This document shows positions 1 to 13,589 of a DNA stretch of 64,000 nucleotides, piece by piece; the first letter of the stretch is position 1, and each line of letters opens with the position of its first letter. This stretch comes from Laetmonice hystrix (taxonomy: Eukaryota). The position numbers and the translations under genes are program-made. The stretch lies in assembly GCA_965235115.1 (NCBI GenBank), contig OZ249439.1, positions 15,066,001 to 15,130,000 of the forward strand, read 5' to 3'. Below the pieces are notes generated by a model. That model was not told the DNA's origin and made no database searches. It worked only from the letters and a program-made list of their open reading frames with translations.

Positions 1-1558
1 CAAAGTCTCTTCTTAATATGTCATTTTATATTAAATGCCCCCGTTACAGTGTGTATCTGACATAAGGCAGTAACGTCAAAGTACAAACGCCCGTAGAGAC
101 GGCATACCGACAATGAGAATGAAGCCATTACTGTGACCAAGCTACCAAGTCTTTCTCTGAACCTCATTTATAATCTTTCCGACAATGCCATTTTCTTTCC
201 TTTCTTTGAGGACAGGGGGGGGGGGGGGGTCATGTAACGTTACGTTCACTGGAACGTCAAGTATGTTGATGTGAGAGTCGGCCTTGACTATGATGATTTT
301 TTATATTTATTGTCCCCGTAACCATGATCATTAATATCGAGTTCTCAACCCTTGCTTATTTTGGCATTATTTAGTTCAGTTATATCACCTAAATCAGTGA
401 CCCAAACGACCTTCACCGACAAAGCTCACGTTTATTTTGATCCCGAACCTAGAGCCTTTGCAATCAACTGTTATGATAATTGATTTTCATTCTCCGAATA
501 TCAATAGGACTCAGCGTTCCTGTGGATGCCTCAGGTTTTGTTCTCTACCACAATTCTCGACCACTTTAGTACATATAAGTGGATATCTTTATCACAGCAG
601 GGGTACTTCTGGGCTTCAATAGTGACGGGTAATAATGGTAGCTACGGCAACACAAGTAGCGCCCTTCCCTAGGCAGCAAACAGACGGCCATATCTATGTC
701 TCCAACGACCGTGTGTTCCTCTGCCAATGGCTCGTCCGTCGACTCGTCCGTATGGGTATCCACGCCTCAACTATTCCCTTATGTGTGCACACCGGCGGCG
801 CCCTCTACACCTACCCAAGTGCTTTGACGCCTCCCAGTGTTAACGGCGCATGTCAATCATCTTCACGGCGGCGGAGGCAGCGAGTCTTGCACGGAGACCG
901 TCACATAACCTTCGTGAAATTATCCATGTACATGTTGTGTATTTTCAATAGAAATTTAATTTAGGGACCGAAATGTCATGCATTGAACCCGATACGGGAA
1001 CCTTAAAGAGGACACTCGTGAAACATCCTGGCCACAGGTCCGAGTAGGGCATCTTGTGGCGGGATAGGCTTGCTATAGTATGGGCAGACTTGGGGGAAGA
1101 ACTCGCACAGAGGATACTGGTATGCCATGTCAAAATGGTATTTAAAATTACACAGTTTGTAAAGGATGGAACACGAGAGTGCGGAAACTAGTGTTTAACT
1201 GGTAGCTTGCGCCCCAAGTGAAGGTTGCTTGACATAACTGTACATGTGTTGAACACTGGAAGGCATGACCTCCTTCGACGACAGGGATCTCCTGACACAA
1301 CACGACACACCAAGACAGGAACGGACAGGAAGCCTCTGGCAAAGATTGATCATCGCCTTTCACGTGGCCCTTAGACACGTTACAGCCACACGAGGTGACT
1401 GGAACTGTTTATCATAATCCTGTCATGCTATGGTCTTCCACCTGTGGTAATATTACACACTAGTCCTTTTTGAAACAAAGAAATTCTGCTACAAATGGTA
1501 CTTGATGCCAAGCCAAAATGTTAAGAAGCTGCATTAAATTCGGCGTCTCTCTCTCCAT

Positions 1559-1776
1559 NNNNNNNNNNNNNNNNNNNNNNNNNNNNNNNNNNNNNNNNNN
1601 NNNNNNNNNNNNNNNNNNNNNNNNNNNNNNNNNNNNNNNNNNNNNNNNNNNNNNNNNNNNNNNNNNNNNNNNNNNNNNNNNNNNNNNNNNNNNNNNNNNN
1701 NNNNNNNNNNNNNNNNNNNNNNNNNNNNNNNNNNNNNNNNNNNNNNNNNNNNNNNNNNNNNNNNNNNNNNNNNNNN
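1559..1776. other. Assembly gap (218 N)
   Basis: Run of N, preceded by a short CT repeat. Confidence 0.99.
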
Positions 1777-4700
1777 CGCCCCCGCTGTTCCCGTAGTGAT
1801 CTGTATGGGCGTCAGTATGCCGTACCAGAGCTGTCCCCTAGCCCAGACAGGAGTTCATGTGGTCGGATTAGCCACCTGGCCGGAATCGTCCCGGCTAGGG
1901 CCACGACCCGATCCAGGCGCTCCCTGCTTCATAACAACCACCGACGTACTCCGGCCATATTAAGCCGCCATTAAGGAGGCGCTCGGGTCCCCAAACGGGG
2001 CCCTCGGTGGCGCACAGGTGCGCGCTAAGTTCCCCGATGAGCATGGCGCCTTAATATAACTTGGCGACCTACAAGCAGGAGCTGCGGCAGGCGGAGATCT
2101 GGAGGTGGATCTCCGGAGGCTATGGATTAATACGCCGGGCGAGAGGTAGGCGGGCTTTGACAAAGTCCTCGATCAATAGGAGAACCGGAGGGGAATGCTT
2201 AATATATCACGTCTATGCGAAAAGGGTGAACGCATACATACTTGGTAGAAAAAAGGGTGCTATTATGTGCAGTGAAACGTACATTGCACTTCGTGACCCG
2301 CACAGTGCTGTACGATACATGATCTCTTACATACATGCTTACATAGCATTTTTGTGACAATGCGCGAGCATAGCTAAGCAAAGACCCACATGTGAAGATT
2401 TTCTACATTCTTGCACACCAATAAGTATAATTAGGTACAGCGCCGGTTCGCCCGCTTTACAACTGCCTATCAACCGTTTGAAAAAAAAAGAAAATATTAA
2501 CGCGGTCATTCGGTAAATCTTGCAGTGAAAGGGTTGTCATCCATGGTTACCATTTAAGCAGGTTTGAAGCCTGTGTCCTTTGATGCGTGGTGTCCCTACT
2601 TCAGGTACTCGACGTCGTGTACGTATCCATGGGAACACGTAGTCCTCATGCACGTGGTACTATGGAACACACTGAGGGTGTTTGCATCACCCAGTCAGAC
2701 TGTGTACATGTATATCGTGTATAACGCGCGTGTGTCAGGGTATGATCAAAGTGAACGCACCCGAAAAGACTGTTTGCCGACTTCACGCCTTGTCTTCATG
2801 TCATGTGGTCATTTTACAATTTCAAAACGATCTTAGGCCAAGATATTAAATAAAACTTATTGAACCTTTAACTTGACCTCAGGTCGAGAAGAAACAATGG
2901 TAACTTTCAAAAAGAAAGGAATGTGTTAGTAATGTTTCTTTTAATCCTTTACTTTAATATTTTACTTTAATCCCCCACTTACCTGTCCTATTCCCGAAGT
3001 GGCCGAAAATTGTTTAAGTCCGAAACGGTACTACATTGGTCGAGGGTAACGGTTTTGCTGGTAGGCAGCAAATGTCATGAAATGGGCGTGAAGTAACAAG
3101 AGGTAGAATATGTCAGGTGCGCTGCTTCAATGGACTTTCTAATCTCATTACTCTTGGTAACATAGAACTGCATTGAGATCCGACTCAGTGAGCCCCGCAA
3201 CGGCACTTTTAGCAATTGATTTCATCAGCATACACTCCTTTCAAGTACGAAAGCTAATATGGTAATGTGCCGCACTTATTTAAATTCATATTAATCACTG
3301 CCTTTTTACTGGCTCAACATGTACACAAGGATGATCATTACTTATATCAAGGCCGTCTGTAATTTGAAATGTAACTCCTATTCATTAGTCAGTGTTAGAT
3401 GTAAACTCCAGATTGATACCTCTATCATGAACACATTCATTGTCATGGTGGCCGGCCAGGCACGAGTCACAAACGAGGGCTCGTGTTTCTCTGACGACGG
3501 GGCACAAGGAGGTTGAGAAGTGCCATCTCGGGACGCCGATAACATGAGAACGTCACACACTGGAGCGATAACACTTAATGGATCACCTAACTCGGGACGG
3601 TCGACCTGAGACAAGGCCTTCACATGGAAACTCACACTCCATATCCCTCAGCCTACTTACGACCGTTTACAGCACGGTGGTGTTTACCCAGGTATTCCAG
3701 GAGGACATGTATGCAAACCATCAACGGCTGGACATGAATCGTCTGGACATCACCGACTTGTCCACAGTCACCAAGAACGGGGCAGAATGCACTGTCGAGT
3801 GACTTGTCAGGAGTGTTCACATAGCCCAGTACTCGTCTCATGACCTGATTTGATCTGATAATTACCAACAGCCTCAACGATTAACCATTGTAGCTCATTC
3901 TTCTACAGATGATCAAGATATATGCCGACATAAGAACAATCACTTGCTCACTGAATATCCCGATGTGGTCAGGGCTCCCATGGCGCTTTGCAATAACAAA
4001 TTTCGAAAACGAATCATTGATCCGTTTCCAGCAGACTAATGAACATAGCTAATATTCCCAGCTAATATTACCATCAAAGCTTTAATTAACACACCGATTC
4101 CATCATGTTCACCCACTGCGATCTGACCAGGGGTTATGAGAGGCGAAGGGCGGTATGAAGGTCAAATTCCCCCAACTTCAGCATGCGCCATGCAGCAAAG
4201 CACGCACAATCATAAGATTATCATGGTTCTGCAGCAGCGTTCGAAAAGGGACATTCCGTGATTCATAAAAAGATTACTACTCCCACGGCAACTCTAAATA
4301 CAAATGGTAAAGAAAAGGGGAAATTGAGTCCTATGTTGACGAACAATATCGAGTCTGATTTAACGGAACGTGGACTATAAATGATTTACCTCCCATTCAT
4401 AGTCCATGCATGTCAAGCAATCTACACTACTGCTCACATGGATTTCTTTCATACCTAAATTCGTCAGAGACCCTTAAATTACAGCACAACGAAACACGGT
4501 TATTCGCTGATTCAACTTATAAATATGTTCGCCTGGGGACAATTCCTATTTCTGCGTGCCACTCTGATTGACCTGCTTGGAGCGACGTGATGAGGGCCTT
4601 AATCAGCGTTCGTTGGACCACCTGTTTCTGGCAAGGCATATAATTTATCATGGGAAATCAGTAAGGGGGTGATTCCACAGCAGAACGGACGCGGGCTGTC

Positions 4701-5306
4701 AGGGGTCGTTATATAATACACCATCAGGCTTCGTCTTGGCTCCAGTATTATAATTACGTCAAGATTATCAGACTTTTCTCTACCGCTCTCAACAATAGGA
4801 CTACCAGTTACCAGTGTTAACATTGGGGAAAAATCCATCCATAGACAAAGTACCCGGCAATAATTAATCTCAAAGAATGAGAAGTACAATTAGATTACCT
4901 GTGTATGGGAAAGGCCATGATGACAACGACAAGGAAAGAAGGAAAGGGACACGGCGAAAGGCGAGTGATTGGACGTAAATGAATGTCGAGACGGCATGGA
5001 GAACGAGTGCGTCATGAATGGACACAAAGTATACAGCCAGTAGGAATAATGTATCAAGGGCACACGGGGGATTGTCACAAACCCACGCCTCTACGGGCAT
5101 CAACTTCGTTCTTACATCCTTCATAATCATATCAATATGCCTTACATAATGCCTTGTTCGCTAATAAGTTATCACAAGTCTATTAGGTTCTGTGTTAGAC
5201 TGCATCTGACGCAATTATGCTAAACCGTGTCGGTATGGGGCTGCAGCGGCCACACCTATGGGTGCTGACTCTCGTATATCCTAGGTATACTATTTTCCTT
5301 ACTCAC

Positions 5307-5444
5307 CTGGACTAAATTCCAATACGGTACGATTTCAGCCAATGTCTTCGTAACTTCTGAACACGACGATCCGATCAACATCATCATCGTGGGTTTTCGA
5401 TAAACAAGATCATAAAAGGCGTCGGCACCATAACCAGGATCGCA
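5307..5444 (-). CDS. GABA-B-R3: GABA-B receptor (R3/R2-like) coding exon 2, Venus flytrap domain: CDPGYGADAFYDLVYRKPTMMMLIGSSCSEVTKTLAEIVPYWNLVQ
   Basis: Found by hand. Acceptor ttatttataatttcag|TGC and donor CAG|gtgagt; 138 bp = 46 codons, phase 0 at both ends, in frame with exon 1 (NDTK|CDPG). Matches the GABA-B pattern CD..G...F...Y.....M..G..CS.VT..LA.....WN.VQ (recalled fly R3: CDPGVGVDRFFHAIY...GSACSEVTESLAKVVPYWNIVQ). Confidence 0.95.
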
Positions 5445-7301
5445 CTGAAATTATAAATAAATGACTAATTTAAAAACGGTATCATTTTGTTTCTACTCAC
5501 GAAGACTTCAATCAAAAGCAAGAACACCAAGAGAAATGACCGACAGAACAGGGGTTGTTATCATAGGCGACCTTTCATGCCTGAGTTATGCCAGCTAGGT
5601 TTTTTCAAAGCTTTTCTTTTAGTCGTAACCTATCTCTCCACAAACTGGAATTAAATCTCTCGTTCAATAACACATCCTCTAATAATGTAATTCAGAGGTC
5701 CATCTGACTGGAAGAAATGGTCCTTCGGCCTTTGAATTCGGTTATGTAAAAGGATAGAGGGAATAATCAGTTCAGTTACAATACAGCTCCTTCAGTCCTT
5801 ACAGTGGGTAGGTATGAAATATTCCCTGGCTCAAAGAAAACTTGATTAAGAAAACACAAAGAGGTTGTAAGCCGTATACTCTGACGACACAATCTCATGG
5901 ATGCGCGTAAAGAGACACTGTTACAGCAGTATATAATATAACCCGACCAACCGTCCAACTATCACTTGAAGGTGGTCATTTGGCGACTGTTTGGGAGGCC
6001 CGATAGATATTGAAACATTGTGACAGACCTCCAGGGCAGACACTCAATGAGTTGATAGTAATGTGAGATAACTATTGTGATTGCTTGTGCTGATTGTTGA
6101 GGTGCAAGGTTTAATAATCTGGCTTGCCATTTGTCATGGTCATGATGTGAGGTAGACCTCAATAAACGAGGGTGTAGCACTTGGTGGCGAACTTCTCCTC
6201 GTGTGGCTTTCATCAGACAACAGAGAAGCAGAATCTGATGAGTGGTGTTCTCTTACGGAGGAACCCCGGCAATAGGAGCGGCATGGTGTCTGCCTCATTC
6301 CTTCGTGTAGTTCATCCGACAATGGCATGGTCAAACATGTTATTACAATCAGATCGACCATCAACGTAGATTAAAGCATTGACATTAACGAAACCAAAGC
6401 TCCTCATCCTCTGTGAAGAGCGACGATCTAATGGCGCTGTAGGCTAGCTATACCCTAACATGAGCTGCATGTCCCAGTAAATGATCAGCTTACATACGTC
6501 TCATGTAGGGTGAATATTCACCTCATGAACTTGTGTTGTGCTTAAAGTGATGTCCGCCATCATGGCTGTTTCATGATTGCTACGTTCACAACACCGTCTA
6601 CCCCCGCGGTTTTAGTCCATAAATACAGCGTTACTGCACTTTCATTTATAGTTACCGCCACAGCAATAATATTTATCTCCCTTCCCTCAAGATGCCAACT
6701 TGTGGCAGCTCTGCAGTGGTAACTTGCCCAGGTGTGGACTCATACATACTTTACATATTTTCACACATAGGGCAGTATGAAACATGCATACGGAAGGAGG
6801 CGACATGACCGCCATGGTCCGGACGTGTGGCCCTTTCTGCGGGAGAGGGACCCTGCATGCCTTATTTAATAATGTATTCATTTCCCTTCGATCTTGAGGC
6901 AGCAAGTTGGTATCTTATCCAATTGTGGCTAGTGAAACGCTTATGCATTCAGGGTAAGGTCGGGAAGGGTTGGAAGGGCCGGAGGCTTGACCGGCTCCGT
7001 CGTTGGTGGTTGACGGCTGGGGTCGGTAAAATGGCGCATACTGCCCACCAGATTGATCCTCGACGTGTGAACTGAAGGAGTTGGGGGGAAGAGGCAGTTC
7101 TCTCCAGTAATTACTGCTCGCTTCCTCCAGCAACCAATTGCTGGATTGAGGGAAAACGCAAATCAAAAGTCGGAGGTCAAATAAATGGTCGCTAAGAATG
7201 AAAGTTTCGTACACAGAATATGTATGGGTATACCCACGTTTGTAAGGGTGTACGTCTATGACGCCAATATTATGGAATTTTAAAAAAAAGACAGAATGGA
7301 A

Positions 7302-7383
7302 TTCATGCCAGTAGGACTTAATGACTACCCATATTGAATGGTTCATGCCAGTAGGACTTAATGACTACCCATATTGAATGGTT
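7302..7383. repeat. Exact two-copy tandem duplication, 40-bp unit
   Basis: ttcatgccagtaggacttaatgactacccatattgaatgg x2, with gaatgg..tt microhomology at the borders. Confidence 0.95.
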
Positions 7384-9358
7384 AAAAACGCCAACAATCT
7401 AATCAGTAAAAGCAAGGCATGCATGTCTTGGACGTCAGCACGCTGGAAATAGTGACTAAGAAATGTCAACAAAATGATCTGTTTTGGTCCACTGCAAGAA
7501 TAGACTAAAAGTTCCAATCAGAAGGCGAAACCTGGCATATGTATATGTACAAACATTGCCTTACAGGAAATAGGGTTATCCCTGCAGAGCTCAGGAACCT
7601 CTCATTGAATTTCTACAATGTTAATGATTACACTTCTGTGTGTTTTGAGCGTGTAAATGGTTACACTAGCGTTGGTTTTCAACTTGAGACTACAGGCTCT
7701 AAAGTATCTAATTGCCTCTGATAGTGTTTAATGTGGTTTGGCCGGAGGCTACCAAGAAATGTGTATAATTGCATAATTGGAAACCTGTATTTACTAAACG
7801 CGTGCACTCGGAACGGACGGCTTACCAACATCCCATCGACCACATCAACCACTGCCTCCTCCCTCAGGGACGTGGACTATTAGCAACTCCGAAGGTGAAA
7901 CATTTAATTTTATCTCATCCATCTCTGCCATGTTTTATCTCAAAACACCTTCGGGTCCATGTTATTGAGGCCTGTGAATTTGTGGAGCGTTGCAGACCAT
8001 TAAATCATACCGATAATACTAGGAAGGATTGTGTCGAACCTCTTATTTCATGTTTGCATCAGCATTGCAAATTTTAACTGACATTTCCACCTAAATTGTT
8101 TTCCGTTATTTGGACGACTCTGACCGACAACTCAGCGCTCAACACAGGAGGATGTATGACATTTAGCCGAAACGTCTGACGCTTGAGATTGCGTAGGCGA
8201 CTGCAAGAACCTGCCCAGGCAATGAGGTCGCCAATATCCTCGCTTAGTTCTAACTATTACAGGACATCAACCTGGCATTTCTACTCTTTCCTTGACAGTG
8301 CTACATACATATACGCCGGAAAGGGCGTCACGTTAGCCAGTCACCTATTAAACTTCTGTTAATATCTTGTGAATGTAATTGTTGTAACCTGAATGTTGTA
8401 ACCTGATCGAGTGGGGCCAATTGTTCATTTACGGTGTTTCTTTTCCTTGGAATCACACATTTCTGACGAAATAAACGTTCCTATATGATAGGAAATCGTA
8501 TATCGTCACTATTCCTATCTGAAAGGCCGGGGACAACACTTAAACTGAGCCTTCTTCAAAGTAGGTACGCCACAGGGACTGAAAAGAACGCGGCCTTTGT
8601 TTAACACTAAATAGGCCGAAAACAATTTGCAACCAGATTTCTTTATGGCAATCCATTTTGGCACTACATCCTGTAATTCAAATATTAGCTCCGACGAGTA
8701 TTGAACGGCGTGCTTTGCCTGGTTGCTGAAGCAGGGCCGACTATCTGGGCGGTCGTTAATGAGCAGCGGAAGGGGATCATGATTCTCTTTGCTTGTTTTA
8801 TAGGGTTACATTCGACGAGATCTATATTTACGCCGGACTAACACGGACAGTACTCTGTCGGACTGTGTAATGCAATCTGAAAGGCGCTCGCTAATGACGA
8901 ATGTCTATGGCAGCTGACATTAAAAAAAAGTGCACGCTCCCCGCAGTTTACCACAAAGCATTTCCGACAGTGAGAGTTTTCACTTGCCTGTTTAAATGAC
9001 CAATTAACCATCCGTAAACTGACATTGTGTTACATTTTAGTAACTCGTTGCCGAAGGTTAATATGAGTTTTACTCGTTGGAGATAACTACGGTTCAAGTG
9101 AGTCAGGAAAGTGCAATCAGTGTGATTATCCAATCCTATACAACCACTGTCCACAGGGAAGGTTTGTATATGCCCCACCGGACCACAGCTTATATCCTGG
9201 GGCAGTTGTGACTTACTACGATTTGATCGGGATAGGTACAGCACAGCGCCCCATAGTCTGTCTACGCCCACACTAAGTTGAATATGTGAGAATTTCAGAT
9301 AATTCGCGCAGGAGCAGAATTGTCTCTATAAATATTGTTCTAAACAATAATGACCTTG

Positions 9359-9387
9359 GGCGGTGTCTTACAAAATAAGACACCGCC
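9359..9387. repeat. Perfect hairpin, 12-bp stem and 5-nt loop
   Basis: ggcggtgtctta-caaaa-taagacaccgcc. Confidence 0.9.
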
Positions 9388-11660
9388 GTACAAGTACCGC
9401 GGTACAAGTATTACACCGTCGGGTTTCGTGCTGTGGCATTCGGCAGGAGCGGTAATGTGGTTCATCCACATCATCCAGAGTGCTCTATCAACACTGTTAT
9501 ATTAGCGTCATGTGGGTCCTCCACCGGTCCTCCTTCACCGGGAGGACAACCCAGGGAGGACCGTGCGGGCGGTCCGGACCCACCGTCCGGCCGGGTAACC
9601 GTATCGACGTCCGCCTCACTATAACATCATCGCCGTCACCGGCAGGCCATCCGTCAACGTTACCCGGTGAAAAGGCATCAACTATTTCCGACCCCCCCCC
9701 CCCCCGCCCACTTAGTAGTGTGTAAATTGATCGATGCATGCATCATAATCCTATTGTTTGGTGGCATGGGGTTAGGTTATATGTGTGCATGTTTCCTTTG
9801 TCAGCATTTGTATATAACCGTTTTATGGCGGCTATGTATGCGAGCCGTGCTCGGGGCATGCGGTAGGAATGACTGCCTGACAGACACATCAGTCAGCTCA
9901 GCACCCACAGATGTACCTTGAGGAGCTGGTTGAATACCTAGCATACACCCAACGGATAAACTGTCTTTTTATGTTGAAACCGAAGTAGTGTAGTACAAGG
10001 TGTATTATGGCCTAGCTACCGGAGGAGATGTCTCTGAGTGCATTCCAGGTGTGACAAGGTGAGTGATTCACCTGCTCTACCTCCACCCCACCCAGCATCT
10101 AATGGTAAACGACAGAATCCCTCTATAACTCGCTATAAGGTTAGGCATATTTAATAATAGTTCTCTTATTAGTCATTATGGGAGTTCTGGCTTGGACAAT
10201 CCTAACCAAGGCTAATTGACAGAATGATACTTTCTAGCAATATTTGTGCCCTTCATACAAACCTTATAGCAAGGTAGGGTGAGGCAGTATAGTAAATGCA
10301 TGGCAATAATTCGGAGTGAACGAACTCAGTGAGGATACGGTGACGACATCATGTTAGTTTGTTGACGTTGAGCGGGACTGACGACTTAATGTCTACGAGA
10401 GATTGGTAGCCATGTCCAGTCGCACCTTCATCTGCATACCAAACAACAGTCAACATGGTAATATTGTTAGCTATACTTCCTCTTTGTAAAGTATCACCAA
10501 GACTGTGCCAGAGTTCTTTTTGTCACCAGGGATTGATCCACGTACCTGAACGAGTATTCTACAACAGACTCACAAAACAACCTGGGTGTGCGTGTTGTGT
10601 GTGTGTGTGGGGGGGGGGGGGGGGGTTGGGGGGTTGGGGGGGGGCTGTTTATGTATGACCGTCCTGGGGTCAATGTAGTGTTACCCGGCCGGTGTCGCCG
10701 TCTCGTTTCTCCGGCGGTCTGTGTTTTCCGGGAGATTGGCTTCAAAATTGTGCGGATTTCCATCTATCTCGTTATCTTAAATATATCTGGCCTAGATTAC
10801 CTCACACGTGAAAATTATGTCTCCTCTTCCATATCTGCTTGACAATTATAAACGTATCCAGGTGGTCATTTATTGTTGTTTGGAAGAAAGCTATAGTCTG
10901 TCAATCATTTAGGCCGGAGTCGTGCCACCAAACTGTGACACGCGTGCGCACTTACTCCGAGTTAGGAAGCTCAGGAAGCCATGCTCCATACGGAGACCGG
11001 CGGAGATTTCAGACTGCGACACCGGCGTTAGATTCAGTGATACAGTATCGGGTCCTGAGACTCGTACACTCCTGGCGAACGATGGGTGGGATACACTAAC
11101 CAGCCCCGACACTCCGGCAGTCCGCCCACCTGGTGCGGGCAGCCTCCGTCCAGCATGATGTCCTACTTATAACTTACCCCCACCCCCACCCTACCTCACC
11201 CGGGGGGTTACACACGGCGGTCGATCGGCGGATTAAGACGGCCAGCTCGATAATCCCACGGACTACACGGATTCATTTATATGGCGGCGGTGTCGATTGT
11301 GTTGTGTGGCCACGTTACGGACGAACTGCCAGGCCCCACCGTGAATGATTGATCAGCAGACTTCGGCATTTCGGACCTCTTTGAAGTCTCATACTTAATC
11401 ATGGGGTAGTGGAAATCGTTGCCAAACGAAAACATAAGTTTACGCTGAAAAAATGGTTACAAAACTATAAGTGACGGTAAATGTTTGTTGGTGGAAGATA
11501 TCCAAGGGAGGTATTGCCAGATAATACATGCTCCCTGGGTGTTGATTATCACATAATACATGGTCCCTGTTGATTATGGACGTTGAAGTGTTGTATGGAG
11601 CCTCCATACCGGGAGAGTCTATGAAACATGTTGACCGCAGGCACACTTTCACTTACAACC

Positions 11661-13589
11661 ACCCCACCCCCTCCACGCCCACACCCACACCTGGCAGTGG
11701 AGTATATCGACTGTATCCATGGGTGTACCCCACCCCCTCCACACCCACACCCACACCTGGCAGTGAAGTATATCGACTGTATCCATGGGTGTACCCCACC
11801 CCCCTCCACACCCACACCCACACCTGGCAGTGGAGTATATCGACTGTATCCATGGGTGTACCCCACCCCCTCCACGCCCACACCCACACCCACACCTGGC
11901 AGTGGAGTATATCGACTGTATCCATGGGTGTACCCCACCCCCTCCACGCCCACACCCACACCCACACCTGGCAGTGGAGTATATCGACTGTATCCATGGG
12001 TGTACCCCATCCCCCTCCACACCCACACCCACACCTGGCAGTGGAGTATATCGACTGTATCCATGGGTGTACCCCACCCCCTCCACGCCCACACCCACAC
12101 CCACACCTGGCAGTGGAGTATATCGACTGTATCCATGGGTGTACCCCACCCCCTCCCCGCCCACACCCACACCCACACCTGGCAGTGGAGTATATCGACT
12201 GTATCCATGGGTGTACCCCATCCCCCTCCACACCCACACCCACACCTGGCAGTGGAGTATATCGACTGTATCCATGGGTGTACCCCACCCCCTCCACGCC
12301 CACACCCACACACACACCTGGCAGTGGAGTATATCGACTGTATCCATGGGTGTACCCCACCCCCCTCCACGCCCACACCCACACCTGGCAGTGGAGTATA
12401 TCGACTGTATCCATGGGTGTACCCCACCCCCTCCACACCCACACCCACACCTGGCAGTGGAGTATATCGACTGTATCCATGGGTGTACCCCACCCCCTCC
12501 ACACCCACACCCACACCTGGCAGTGGAGTATATCGACTGTATCCATGGGTGTACCCCACCCCCTCCACGCCCACACCCACACCCACACCTGGCAGTGGAG
12601 CATATCGACTGTATCCATGGGTGTACCCCACCCCCTCCACGCCAACACCCACACCTGGCAGTGGAGTATATCGACTGTATCCATGGGTGTACCCCACCCC
12701 CCTCCACGCCCACACCCACACCTGGCAGTGGAGCATATCGACTGTATCCATGGGTGTACCCCACCCCCTCCACACCCACACCCACACCCACACCTGGCAG
12801 TGGAGTATATCGACTGTATCCATGGGTGTACCCCACCCCCTCCACACCCACACCCACACCTGGCAGTGGAGTATATCGACTGTATCCATGGGTGTACCCC
12901 ACCCCTCCACGCCCACACCCACACCTGGCAGTGGAGTATATCGACTGTATCCATGGGTGTACCCCACCCCCCTCCACGCCCACACCCACACCTGGCAGTG
13001 GAGCATATCGACTGTATCCATGGGTGTACCCCACCCCCTCCACACCCACACCCACACCCACACCTGGCAGTGGAGTATATCGACTGTATCCATGGGTGTA
13101 CCCCACCCCCTCCACACCCACACCCACACCCACACCTGGCAGTGGAGCATATCGACTGTATCCATGGGTGTACCCCACCCACTCCACACCCACACCCACA
13201 CCTGGCAGTGGAGTATATCGACTGTATCCATGGGTGTACCCCACCCCCTCCACACCCACACCCACACCTGGCAGTGGAGTATATCGACTGTATCCATGGG
13301 TGTACCCCACCCCCTCCACGCCCACACCCACACCTGGCAGTGGAGTATATCGACTGTATCCATGGGTGTACCCCATCCCCCTCCACGCCCACACCCACAC
13401 CCACACCTGGCAGTGGAGTATATCGACTGTATCCATGGGTGTACCCCACCCCCTCCCCGCCCACACCCACACCCACACCTGGCAGTGGAGTATATCGACT
13501 GTATCCATGGGTGTACCCCATCCCCCTCCACGCCCACGCCCACACCTGGCAGTGGAGTATATCGACTGTATCCATGGGTGTACCCCACC
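11661..13589. repeat. Minisatellite, 28 copies, unit mostly 66 or 72 bp: constant core plus variable (CCCACA)n linker
   Basis: Core ctggcagtggagtatatcgactgtatccatgggtgtacccca counted 28 times. The linker ccccctccac(a/g)(cccaca)n varies by one hexamer and by single C. A gagCat variant occurs in copies 14, 16, 20 and 22. Confidence 0.98.

Noticed and set aside
3578-3860. Possible LINE reverse-transcriptase remnant (DLRQG / DLxKAF-like)
   Set aside because: Needs frameshifts, and no second RT motif follows; too weak to call.
1-5306. Search for GABA-B exon 3 (LSYA-like match near 2370; HFG/LAW-like match near 1510)
   Set aside because: Neither has a proper acceptor or continues into the expected TSP.LS...FP.F.R motif.
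11661-13589. CRISPR-like repeat/spacer appearance (also at 36545-36797)
   Set aside because: The spacers are not unique sequences, only length variants of CCCACA or poly-C. There are no cas genes and the context is eukaryotic.
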